64,000 nucleotides of DNA from a virus (lineage: Duplodnaviria > Caudoviricetes): positions 64,001 to 128,000 of IMG/VR virus record IMGVR_UViG_2645727757_000001, one strand, 5' to 3'. Below are positions 43,249-52,472 of the stretch, piece by piece; the first letter of the stretch is position 1, and each line of letters starts with the position of its first letter. The notes beneath the pieces are model-generated. The model worked only from the letters and a program-made list of their open reading frames with translations, was not told the DNA's origin and did not search any database. The position numbers and the translations under genes were made by a program.

Positions 43249-43262
43249 TTTAAAAATCCTCC

Positions 43263-43607
43263 TTATGATAAAATATCTATAAAATCTTGACCTATAGAAA
43301 TATAAAGTTTTATTATATCTGCAACTTTAGGGAATATAGCAACTAAAAGTTTGTTATATTTAACTAAGAAATCAACAATTATTTCTTCATCTAAACTAAT
43401 AGAACAAGAATCATCATCTAAATATTCAATATCTAGATTTTCAATAACATCATCAACAAAGTTATTTAATTCTTCTTTTAAACTATTTTCATCTGTAGAA
43501 TCATCAATAGATTTGCTTAAATTAATAGAACCATCCTTTATAGAATCAAAAACCTTCATAAATTCAATACCTTCATTTTTACTAATTATAATTTTCATTA
43601 CCTTCAC
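43263..43607 (-). CDS. Hypothetical acidic protein
   Basis: 114 aa. Confidence 0.55.
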   Translation of the reverse strand: MKVMKIIISKNEGIEFMKVFDSIKDGSINLSKSIDDSTDENSLKEELNNFVDDVIENLDIEYLDDDSCSISLDEEIIVDFLVKYNKLLVAIFPKVADIIKLYISIGQDFIDILS

Positions 43608-43641
43608 CTCAATTAAAATTTAAATTTATAATAAAAACTTT

Positions 43642-44166
43642 TTAATAAATGAAATTTGGAACAATTTCAACGTATTTTTCTGGTTTATTGTTAGTTGCAT
43701 ATATAGAATCTCCACACCATAAACCATTTAATGGAGCATTAAAACCACAATATTCGTATCTATAATCATCATCCATAGTTGATGTAAGAAGTGGAAGAGG
43801 ATGTATAGTTAAACCATTTCTACACTTAGGACATTTAGTAAGATCAATATAATAAGCACAAGTATCATTAACAAGATATCTAAAATTATTTCCTGGGTTT
43901 TCATAGAATTCTAAATCTTTATAACTAGCTGATTCTATAAATAAATTAATACCTTTATCATTTGTGAATAATCCTTTCATAGCATAATCTCCACACCAAA
44001 TAATTTTATCCTTATACCAAGGTCCATCTTCTCCTATAAGCTCCATAACTCTGTTCATAAAAGGATTGTTTATAAAAGAGTGTTCAAAGAATTTAGTTCC
44101 ATCATCAAGATTTGATTGCATAACTTCCTTTTTAGTTAAATTTACCACTTTAAAATATTGTCCCAT
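43642..44166 (-). CDS. Conserved phage hypothetical protein
   Basis: MGQYF..VNL...W..D.I.W.GDY...IHPLPLLT...G.W.GD. Confidence 0.65.
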   Translation of the reverse strand: MGQYFKVVNLTKKEVMQSNLDDGTKFFEHSFINNPFMNRVMELIGEDGPWYKDKIIWCGDYAMKGLFTNDKGINLFIESASYKDLEFYENPGNNFRYLVNDTCAYYIDLTKCPKCRNGLTIHPLPLLTSTMDDDYRYEYCGFNAPLNGLWCGDSIYATNNKPEKYVEIVPNFIY

Positions 44167-44224
44167 AAAAATATTCCCTCCTAAAAAATAAGGAAGCTAC
44201 ATAAGTAGCCTCCTAAAATTATTA

Positions 44225-44929
44225 TTATTCTATACAAGTTTTATTCAAAGTTAACATACTTACTATAGCTTTAGCTACGTGACATATTAAAGTTATACCT
44301 TTAGTTAATATTAAACCTAGTATTTCTATAACTGTAAAAGTAACATCTTTAACAGCATCTATTACAATGCCTAATGTATCACCTATTGTACCTAAAACCT
44401 TGGATGCGAAACCTTTTGCGAGTTTCTTTTGTGGTACCTTAAAGTTCTTACTAAGCTCATAAGATTTCTTTGAATAGTAACCAGATTTCATGTAATTTTG
44501 TAACTTCTCTAAGAATTTTCTTGATTTTTTGGCTTCCTCCTTAGTGATATTTGGATCTTCTTCAACCTCAATCATTTCTACTTCTTCAAGAATATCATTA
44601 ACATCTTTTTTATTTTCTTTATCGTTAATATTTTTATTTTCTTTATTCTTTGTATCTGTATTTGCTTTAACAACATCTTCTTTATTTTCCTTAACCTTAT
44701 CTTCTTTTTGTTCAACTTCTTCATCCTCTTCTGTATATGAATATTCATCTAAGGTATTTTTATCTGTAGGGTTTTTCTTAGAAGAAACTTTCTTTTCTTT
44801 ACCTCCTTCATCCATTACTAGATTTGTAGATTCAACATTGACATATTCAGAATCGGATGATACAACTTCTGTAGTTGAAGTAATATCATCTTCGCCTAAA
44901 TCAACAACATTGTCTAATTTAATCTTCAT
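44225..44929 (-). CDS. Acidic protein with C-terminal amphipathic/hydrophobic helices
   Basis: Glu/Asp-rich N-terminus; GTIGDTLGIVIDAVKDVTFTVIEILGLIL C-terminus. Confidence 0.6.
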   Translation of the reverse strand: MKIKLDNVVDLGEDDITSTTEVVSSDSEYVNVESTNLVMDEGGKEKKVSSKKNPTDKNTLDEYSYTEEDEEVEQKEDKVKENKEDVVKANTDTKNKENKNINDKENKKDVNDILEEVEMIEVEEDPNITKEEAKKSRKFLEKLQNYMKSGYYSKKSYELSKNFKVPQKKLAKGFASKVLGTIGDTLGIVIDAVKDVTFTVIEILGLILTKGITLICHVAKAIVSMLTLNKTCIE

Positions 44930-44999
44930 ATTAATTTCCTCCTTATTGTTATATATAAAAAAAGAAGCTGAAAAATTCAGCTCCTAATTTATCTAATAT

Positions 45000-45377
45000 T
45001 TAATTATCCATATCTATATCACCATTGGTTTCAATGACAACCTCTTCTTTAATATCTGTATTGTTATTATCTTTAACCTCAATATTATTATCTATATCAT
45101 CTATAATATCTTTTTCTTTGATTCCATTTTCTTCAACTTCATTTGTATCTATATCTTTTATTGGAATAGTAGATGTTTCTGATAAATACATTCCATTTTT
45201 AATATTATCTTCTTCTTCTATTCTATTTACTTCGTATCCTATAGAATCAAGATATTTTGTTACTGCAATTTTAACTAATTTTGATGGTGAAATCATAGGG
45301 TTTTCTTCAAGATAATGAAAAATCCTTGAATTTTTCTTTCTTGTTATTGAAGCACCTATATATTTTTTATCTTGCAT
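45000..45377 (-). CDS. Putative ParR-like adaptor (RHH-like N-terminus, acidic tail)
   Basis: Immediately downstream of the ParM-like gene; YIGASIT...IFHYL...SKLVKIAVTKYL. Confidence 0.55.
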   Translation of the reverse strand: MQDKKYIGASITRKKNSRIFHYLEENPMISPSKLVKIAVTKYLDSIGYEVNRIEEEDNIKNGMYLSETSTIPIKDIDTNEVEENGIKEKDIIDDIDNNIEVKDNNNTDIKEEVVIETNGDIDMDN

Positions 45378-45400
45378 AAACTTTTTCTCCTTCCAAATGA

Positions 45401-46417
45401 TTATTCTTCTGAATCATCTTTTGTATCAAAACCTTCAAATGTTACTTTTGCGGCTCTTTCATATGCTAAGGCATTTGAGAATTGTGGATTTTTCTCTACA
45501 ATAATATCCTCTTGGTCAATTCCATTAGCTTCCATTACATAAGGTTTAAGAAGTGCAGCACAACCACCTATAAGATATAATTTATCTGCCATTAAGTCAA
45601 AATTATTCTTTTCAAGTTCTGCTTTTATTCTATTAACAAAGTCTAGTAATATATTATCTACATCTTTTGATATATCAATAGTTCCTTGACCAATTCTTTT
45701 GAATTTCTTGTTTAATAAAAGTTTAACAGCATCATCTGTAGTCACATTTCTAAACTTATGTTTATTTGTTAAAATAGTCTTGAAATTTGTAAGTAAAGCT
45801 TCAAAACCCAAGTCATTAAAAGTAAATACATTTCCATTCTTATAGAACTTTCCGTCTATAAGTTCCCATTTACCTGCATCAAAAGTACCTCCACCAAAGT
45901 CATATACAATACAACAAGTATTTTCTTTAGAGATTATTGCAGATTGTGGTTCGACTATGGCATCCTCTACTGTTAAGGCATATTGTATTCCATCTAGTTC
46001 AACAGGCATATTTTTGATTTTTAATGCTGATTGTCTACATTCTTCTTTACAATCATCAAATTGCTCTAATGGTGTACCAAGACCAATTTTAGCTCTTATG
46101 TCTATAGGCATATCTCTTAATGTTTTTTTAGGATTATCTTTTAAAAATTTCTTTTGTGCTGATCTTATTATAGCTGTACAAAGAGTAGCAGTATAAATAT
46201 CTTTTTCGTATTTTGTAGGTCCTGTAAATGAAGAACCTTCTTCATCACCTACTTTATATTCCTTACCGTCTATAATTACATCATAGCTGTTTCTTATATG
46301 GCTTGTACCATATCTGTTTGACACATAAGACAGAAATCTAACACCTCTTGATGTTTTAGTATAAGCGTTACCAATATCAACGCCTAAAATGATTCTAAAG
46401 ATTTTTTTTGCTCCCAT
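45401..46417 (-). CDS. parM: ParM/StbA-family actin-like partition ATPase
   Basis: GVDIGNAYTK (phosphate 1), DFGGGTFD (phosphate 2), IGGCA, PQFSNA. Confidence 0.85.
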   Translation of the reverse strand: MGAKKIFRIILGVDIGNAYTKTSRGVRFLSYVSNRYGTSHIRNSYDVIIDGKEYKVGDEEGSSFTGPTKYEKDIYTATLCTAIIRSAQKKFLKDNPKKTLRDMPIDIRAKIGLGTPLEQFDDCKEECRQSALKIKNMPVELDGIQYALTVEDAIVEPQSAIISKENTCCIVYDFGGGTFDAGKWELIDGKFYKNGNVFTFNDLGFEALLTNFKTILTNKHKFRNVTTDDAVKLLLNKKFKRIGQGTIDISKDVDNILLDFVNRIKAELEKNNFDLMADKLYLIGGCAALLKPYVMEANGIDQEDIIVEKNPQFSNALAYERAAKVTFEGFDTKDDSEE

Positions 46418-46439
46418 GTTGTTCCTCCTAATTATTACT

Positions 46440-46635
46440 AATATTATTTCACTATCTTTTTACAAATTTAGTGAAATATATGTATATATCTATAATTATC
46501 TACAAATATAATACTATATTTATATATAATTATTCAACTATAAATATATAAAAATAAAAATATATGTAACTATATACATATATAAATATATAAAATTATA
46601 TACTTATATATGTATAGAATTATATATATTGAAAT
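46440..46635. repeat. AT-rich repeat tract, candidate parC centromere/promoter
   Basis: Nearly all A/T; tatatgta x3 and tataaatatataaaa x2; directly upstream of parM. Confidence 0.45.
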
Positions 46636-46706
46636 AAAAAGGGATAGGTATATATAAACCTATCCCCTAAAACCTCAATGAAGTGGATTTCTCCACCTCT
46701 TAAATA

Positions 46707-47498
46707 TTATTCAAGTTCTGTATCACCATTAGTACTTAAATCATCAACAAGCTCTGATTCTTCTTGTTCCTCTTGTTCTTCGAATTTATAATTAGAATTC
46801 ATTTCTTCATTTAATTTAGTAGCTTCTTCAAAATTTCCCTCTTCAAGCATTTTTTGAATTTTATCAGTAATATCTTCTGAATTTTCTTCTATTCCTTTTT
46901 CAGAAGTTATTTCTTTATTAGTTTCATCAGTTTCTTTTACTACATTAGCATTAACTAATTGATCTGCATTTATCTCTTCACTTTCATCAAGTAATACAGC
47001 ATCAGTAACTACAATAGCATCAGATTTCTTGTTCTTAATGTTTTCTGGAGTTGCATCAGCAAATTCTATATCAGATACAGAAAGTCTAGTATTTTCATAT
47101 CTAATTGGTTGTTCAAATGAACATTTAATGTTACGTGGTTTTCCGTCAATTTCTATTTGAAGTACTTTTTCTATTGTAACTTTACTTTCAGTTTTGTATT
47201 TTTCGATATTTCCATGAACAACTATTCTTCTTGAAATAAATTTATCTTCTTCATCATAAATATTAAAGTTCTTATCAATAATCTTAGCTAAGTTACCATA
47301 TGCACAGCAGTTCATAAAGTCAGAATCTTTGACTTTCTTAGTTTCACCATTTTCATCTACTACAGTTCTTAAGTAATTTCTATCAGTTGCAATAGTAAAG
47401 TTAATAACGTATGATGGATTTTTACCTTCCTTATTAGCGTTTAAATCTCTTAATTTCCCACATTTTACTGTTCTTGCGAATGCTGAAGTTTTTAACAT
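46707..47498 (-). CDS. SSB-like OB-fold protein with long acidic tail
   Basis: FTIATDR...DFMNCCAYG..A; paralogue of 51679..52206. Confidence 0.75.
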   Translation of the reverse strand: MLKTSAFARTVKCGKLRDLNANKEGKNPSYVINFTIATDRNYLRTVVDENGETKKVKDSDFMNCCAYGNLAKIIDKNFNIYDEEDKFISRRIVVHGNIEKYKTESKVTIEKVLQIEIDGKPRNIKCSFEQPIRYENTRLSVSDIEFADATPENIKNKKSDAIVVTDAVLLDESEEINADQLVNANVVKETDETNKEITSEKGIEENSEDITDKIQKMLEEGNFEEATKLNEEMNSNYKFEEQEEQEESELVDDLSTNGDTELE

Positions 47499-47602
47499 AA
47501 ATAATCTCTCCCTTTTTTTTACATTTTTTTATTTTTTAATTATTATTTTGATACAATTTAATACAAAGCAGATTACGCTATCATCTTAATGTATATTAAT
47601 TC

Positions 47603-47962
47603 CTAATTATTAATTATCTCTAGTTTATCTACTAAAACCCAAAATTCAGATTCATAAAAGTTAGGTATACATGGTTCAAAAATATCTGTAAATTTATCAT
47701 TTGCTATGATTGTTCCATTAACTTTTGCTTTTTTGTTGCTGCATAAATAAAGAGTATTAAAAATATCCTCTTCAAAAGTAATGCAACTAACTGTTATATG
47801 TGCATTATTATAATTACACATAACTGTAGATAAAGTTTCATTAGATATTTTTGATGAATCAGTAATAGTAAAAAATTTTACTTTATTTGATTTGCCATCA
47901 TTAATACTAATATCGACATCATCAAAAACTTCGCTTATATTACCAAATAAGCTAACTTTCAT
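47603..47962 (-). CDS. Possible divergent OB-fold protein
   Basis: VSLFGNI..V...F.I...V.C..F...V.G.I strand pattern. Confidence 0.4.
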   Translation of the reverse strand: MKVSLFGNISEVFDDVDISINDGKSNKVKFFTITDSSKISNETLSTVMCNYNNAHITVSCITFEEDIFNTLYLCSNKKAKVNGTIIANDKFTDIFEPCIPNFYESEFWVLVDKLEIINN

Positions 47963-48116
47963 TTTACCTCCTATAAAATATTGCTAACTAAAAAATCCAT
48001 ACCTCCAAAAGTAAGGTATGGACTACATAAAGCTTAAGCTCTATGACAATGTAAGATAAACTTACTATGTATAAACGTAAAAAAACCAGATACATTAGTA
48101 CCTGGCAACTAAAAAA

Positions 48117-48683
48117 CTACATTTTATTTAATATATTAGCTATTTCTCTTAAAGTTTCTCTTTCTTCTTTAGGAATATCATCATCATTAAGTATTCTATC
48201 AATAAATTTATTGAATACCATATTTCTATTTTCCTCACCAAACATTTGATAATCTCCAAGAATATTTATTGAATGAGTAAAATAATTATATACTATTGGA
48301 TCATTAGGATCGCACCCAAAGAATTTAATAGTATTTTTAATTGAATCATCTAAAGCTTTGAAGAAATCAATATCAATTTCTTTACATCTTAAATCTATAT
48401 TATCTAAAGCTTTTCTGTTATCTCTTTTAATAATTTCCTTAGAAGATTCATAGAATACTCTATTTATTGTTGTAGGTTTTACTCTTGAAGAGTACATAAA
48501 ATCACTAAGTTCTTTAGCACAAATTGCAAGTTGAAGAGGTGAAATAAGATCTAAAACCTTATATGTTAAAGTTTTATTTTCATCTTCTCTTTCCTTACAG
48601 TTAAAGTTATCTTTTTCTACTTTGTAACCCGATTCCTTTAACTTTTTAATCATAAATTCTAATTCTTTATCCATATTTCCCAC
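48117..48683 (-). CDS. Hypothetical protein
   Basis: 188 aa. Confidence 0.6.
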   Translation of the reverse strand: MGNMDKELEFMIKKLKESGYKVEKDNFNCKEREDENKTLTYKVLDLISPLQLAICAKELSDFMYSSRVKPTTINRVFYESSKEIIKRDNRKALDNIDLRCKEIDIDFFKALDDSIKNTIKFFGCDPNDPIVYNYFTHSINILGDYQMFGEENRNMVFNKFIDRILNDDDIPKEERETLREIANILNKM

Positions 48684-48699
48684 TCACCTTTTAATAATA

Positions 48700-49137
48700 T
48701 TAATAAAGATAATCCTTTTCTCCCTTATCTTTATTGTTGTATATATCATGGAAATCAAGTTCTTCATTCTTAGGTAAATTTTTAGAACCCTCTCTAACCT
48801 CTACCTTAGAATTAAATTCCTTTTCTTCCATAATGATATTATCTTCTTTTTTAGCATAATTTGCAAGTATAACATAATCATCAAAAGTTTCTTTCATAAA
48901 TTCAATATCTTCTTTAGTAACTTTCATTGACATATGTTGTATATAGCTTGTATCTTCTAATATTTCAAGTTCCTCTAGTAATTCACTATAAGGTTCTTCT
49001 AAAGCTATAGCTCTTTCAACTTTTTCTATAATAGAATCAACTGTATCAACTAATATTGTATCTACAGATAAACGTACTGCTAATTCTTCTAATTTCTTTT
49101 TGAAATCATTCCATAAAGATAATGAATATCTTTGCAT
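48700..49137 (-). CDS. Hypothetical acidic protein
   Basis: 145 aa, AAGGTG RBS. Confidence 0.6.
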   Translation of the reverse strand: MQRYSLSLWNDFKKKLEELAVRLSVDTILVDTVDSIIEKVERAIALEEPYSELLEELEILEDTSYIQHMSMKVTKEDIEFMKETFDDYVILANYAKKEDNIIMEEKEFNSKVEVREGSKNLPKNEELDFHDIYNNKDKGEKDYLY

Positions 49138-49214
49138 TGTATATCACCTTTCTTTCAAAAAATAAAAAAAGCTGCATAGCATGAGGTTAGAGCCATGCAG
49201 CAAGAAGTGTTGTA

Positions 49215-49736
49215 TTAATTATTTTCCTCTTCATTATCTTCCATTTTCTTCTCTAATGACTTAGAGGCGTTAGATAAATGAATTTTCCAGTTAGTATATT
49301 CAATTAATGAAACTCCTAAAAGTATCATTCTTTTAAAAGTAAAGTTAGATTCATCAAGTTCACCTTTAAATTCTACTTCTCCAGTTTTATTTAACTCTTC
49401 ATTATCTGCATAAGCTCCTAAAGCTGGATATAAATTAGTAATAACTAGCTTATTAGCAATTTCCTTTTCATTAAAGAATTCATCTTCATTCTTCATAAAT
49501 GCTTGTGCACAATATCCAATACACTTAGATAAAGTTAAAATTGCTGTTTTTATAGAAATCTCTTTAGAATCAACTTTAGCTTTAATGTTAGTTATTATTT
49601 CTTCTACGTGTGTTTCAATTAATTCATCTTCTTGTTGACAAGTTTCTTTAGCAAGTTTTAATAAAGGATTGTTATTAAAAAAATCTATAACATCCTGTTC
49701 ATTGTTAACATCATTTAAATCATAATTTTCGTTCAT
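49215..49736 (-). CDS. Hypothetical acidic protein
   Basis: 173 aa, GAGG RBS. Confidence 0.6.
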   Translation of the reverse strand: MNENYDLNDVNNEQDVIDFFNNNPLLKLAKETCQQEDELIETHVEEIITNIKAKVDSKEISIKTAILTLSKCIGYCAQAFMKNEDEFFNEKEIANKLVITNLYPALGAYADNEELNKTGEVEFKGELDESNFTFKRMILLGVSLIEYTNWKIHLSNASKSLEKKMEDNEEENN

Positions 49737-49931
49737 GGTTACACCTCTCTAATAAATACTACTATAAGTTTAACTTATAATATTTATCAAATCAACCAAA
49801 AAATTACAGTAAATGACGAAGCAGTTTATTGACTTACTTAGGTCTATGTAAAAGAAGCCAAAAGGCTCCATATATAAAATTACATTTTAACTAACATAAA
49901 AAAGAGCCTAAAAGGCTCATTAAAAATATTA

Positions 49932-50057
49932 TTATTTATTTTTTATCTTATTTATAGGTTTTAATTTAGCATTAGCTTTCATATTTTTATTAAGTCTATC
50001 TAAACTTTCTTTTCCTCTTTTTAATATGTCTTCTAGTACTAATTGTGCATTATCCAT
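49932..50057 (-). CDS. Small basic protein (41 aa, not in ORF track)
   Basis: GGAG RBS; MDNAQLVLEDILKRGKESLDRLNKNMK... Confidence 0.4.
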   Translation of the reverse strand: MDNAQLVLEDILKRGKESLDRLNKNMKANAKLKPINKIKNK

Positions 50058-50301
50058 TGTATTTCTCCATTTCTTCAAGTCTTTCTACATTTCTTTTTTC
50101 AATTGAGTATATTATATCATCTATTTCATCTATCATGTTTTCTATTGCTCTTTTCATTCCAGAATTATAGCCAAAATGATAAAATCCAGTTTTAGTTAGA
50201 CTAGATTTATTTAAAGTATCTATTTCAACTATTTCCGAAACTCTTTCTAATCTTAGTTTTAATTTTTCTCTTAGTATTGTTAACTTACTTAATTCATCCA
50301 T
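50050..50301 (-). CDS. Hypothetical protein
   Basis: 83 aa, GGAG RBS. Confidence 0.55.
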   Translation of the reverse strand: MDELSKLTILREKLKLRLERVSEIVEIDTLNKSSLTKTGFYHFGYNSGMKRAIENMIDEIDDIIYSIEKRNVERLEEMEKYNG

Positions 50302-50355
50302 AACAACTCTCCATTCTTTAAATAAAAAAATATTTCATCATAAGTTTTATTAAAC

Positions 50356-50793
50356 CTATAGTATATTTAAATTAACACAATAGGCTACATACTTTCCCAT
50401 AGCTTTAGATATAGAATCACTAACCTTTTTCCTTGGCTTATCATCTTCTATATCCTCTATTAGTTCATCATCCAATTCATCTTCTGATAAATAAGCAGAA
50501 CCATCTACTTTTAAAGTATTAGTGTCTTCATTATAACTACCATAAAAGAATACCACATCATTATCATATTCACTAGAGTAGTTATACCTATTGTCTATAG
50601 AGATAGCAATATGATCTTTAGCTATACAGTCAATACTATCACTAATCTCTACTCTACCTATTTTAGATATATTAATAGACTTAATTATATCTACTTTAAA
50701 AGAAATACATACTCCATCATTATTGTCATTTACCTGTATATTCTTTACTGAATTTACTCTACCATATAAAGCAATATTACTCATTAAATTCAC
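50356..50793 (-). CDS. Divergent SSB-like OB-fold protein
   Basis: IALYGRV...ISFKV...SDSIDCIA...A....V.F.G; acidic tail. Confidence 0.5.
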   Translation of the reverse strand: MNLMSNIALYGRVNSVKNIQVNDNNDGVCISFKVDIIKSINISKIGRVEISDSIDCIAKDHIAISIDNRYNYSSEYDNDVVFFYGSYNEDTNTLKVDGSAYLSEDELDDELIEDIEDDKPRKKVSDSISKAMGKYVAYCVNLNIL

Positions 50794-50859
50794 TCCAATC
50801 TTTTTATTGTTGTTACAATCCTATATTTTTTAGACTTATATAGTAATAATCTTATGAAA

Positions 50860-51672
50860 TTTTGGAAATACTAAAGGTATTCCATGAACACCTAGTTATA
50901 CCAGTTACATAACAGCTAAAATAAAGTCAATTTGCCATACCGAGGTGCTGTTTTATGGTATTTGCCCTAGAGGTCACATTAAGATGGTGCGTTTCCCTAG
51001 AAAAATAACCAGTATCCTTTCATTTTATAACAAAAACGCTTGAAAATGGCTCAACCACAAGGGATTATCGGCAATTTTAAGCGTAATTGGTTAAAAATAA
51101 AGTGAAATGGTTATTACTAGTGTAAGCCCATCTAAACATAAGATTACTGGTAAAATACCGTAGGTATCGGTCAAGCCATAGGTTATTAAGGCATAATGAC
51201 ACTTTAACCAGTAATCGGCTATCTAAGGCAACCTAAACTACAATAATACCAATAGGGAATGGTAACATTATAGTTTATCTGTTAGTAAAAAGTATTTTCC
51301 CTTAATCGCTACATCCGAAAATTTATTCTTTCGGGATATGCCCTTGGTCTTAACTTAACCTCGTCGTCACCGCTGCGCTCTGCGCTTCGGGCGGGGCCCT
51401 GCACTCCGCTCCGACTCGGTACGTACGACCTTCGGTCATACCCTACAGAATAAATTTCTGCGTAGCGATAAGGGAATGCTGTTAACTAAAAGCTATCGGG
51501 AAATCTCGTTGAATTGGATTACCTATAGCTTCAAGATAGCAGTTATGTATATGGAGATATTACTTCCGTAATACCGAAGGAACTTGGCACAATGCATCCA
51601 AGTTTCAAAAAAGGAGTGTGGTAAGTTATAATGCCACTTACCAAGGCTATGTAGGTGGGTTCTTCACCCACA
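50860..51672 (-). ncRNA. Large (~800 nt) highly base-paired non-coding element (ncRNA or folded ssDNA signal)
   Basis: No credible ORF; nested long-range stems 51537-49/50906-18, 51462-76/51297-312, 51207-16/51142-51, 51266-77/51234-45; G-U pairs and a GGAA loop work only on the minus strand. Confidence 0.6.
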
Positions 51673-51678
51673 GGAATA

Positions 51679-52206
51679 TTAATATGGAACATTACCTTCA
51701 TCAAATTCTTCATCAATCTCTTCTTCTGTAACTTCTTCAACTATAGCTGTAGATGATGAAGAGGCAATGTTAGTTGGATTAGCTGATAGGAAGTTTATAT
51801 TATCTACAACTAGTTTGCAACCATATTGCTTAATAGAAGTAGTAAGTGTAACTCTAGTTCTAACACCGTTGACAGTAATTATATCAGAAACTTCAACAGG
51901 TTTGTCTATAGTGAATGTTTCAAGAGTACCTTCGATATATAAAGGACGGCTTATAAATCTTCCAAATTCATCATAGATGTTGCAGTACTTCTCAATAGTT
52001 TCAGCAGTCTTTCCATAAGCAACACAAAGAAGGAAGTCAGATTGTTTAACCTTTTTAGTTTCACCATTTTCATCAACAGTAGTTCTTTGGAATTTTCTAT
52101 CTGTAGCTATAGTGAATGTTATACTCTTAGTAGTCTTATCCTCTTTTTCGTTAACCTTTAAATTATTACATCTTACAGTTCTACCATTTAATATTGTTCT
52201 TATCAT
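51679..52206 (-). CDS. SSB-like OB-fold protein
   Basis: LNGRTV, FTIATDR, DFLLCVAYGKTAE, IEGTLET; acidic tail ending NVPY. Confidence 0.8.
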   Translation of the reverse strand: MIRTILNGRTVRCNNLKVNEKEDKTTKSITFTIATDRKFQRTTVDENGETKKVKQSDFLLCVAYGKTAETIEKYCNIYDEFGRFISRPLYIEGTLETFTIDKPVEVSDIITVNGVRTRVTLTTSIKQYGCKLVVDNINFLSANPTNIASSSSTAIVEEVTEEEIDEEFDEGNVPY

Positions 52207-52317
52207 AAAAAATCACTCCTAAAATTTATTATTTATTATTTATTGAATCGGATAAACCTGCTATGTAATCTTTGGTACAACTTATGGAGATACCTGTTAC
52301 AGCAAATCCATTACATC

Positions 52318-52354
52318 AAAAATGAAGAGGCGGGATAATCCACAACCTCTTCAT
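52318..52354 (-). terminator. Rho-independent terminator of an ORF-less minus-strand unit
   Basis: ATGAAGAGG...CCTCTTCAT followed by TTTT on the minus strand. Confidence 0.7.
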
Positions 52355-52472
52355 CTTCAAAGTGTATAAAATTATGATTTGAATAGGAACCTTGAATCCT
52401 GTAGGAAATGTACCGAGTTGATTCAGCACATCAACCACAGGAATCAAAGAATCCATAAGAACAGAACTCGAA

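Noticed and set aside
51355-51445. tRNA or group II intron domain V in the GC-rich core
   Set aside because: No cloverleaf/TTCRA arm and no AGC-triad domain V hairpin could be built on either strand
51543-51740. 65-aa minus-strand ORF
   Set aside because: Overlaps the ssb-like gene out of frame, lacks an RBS and runs through stacked hairpins
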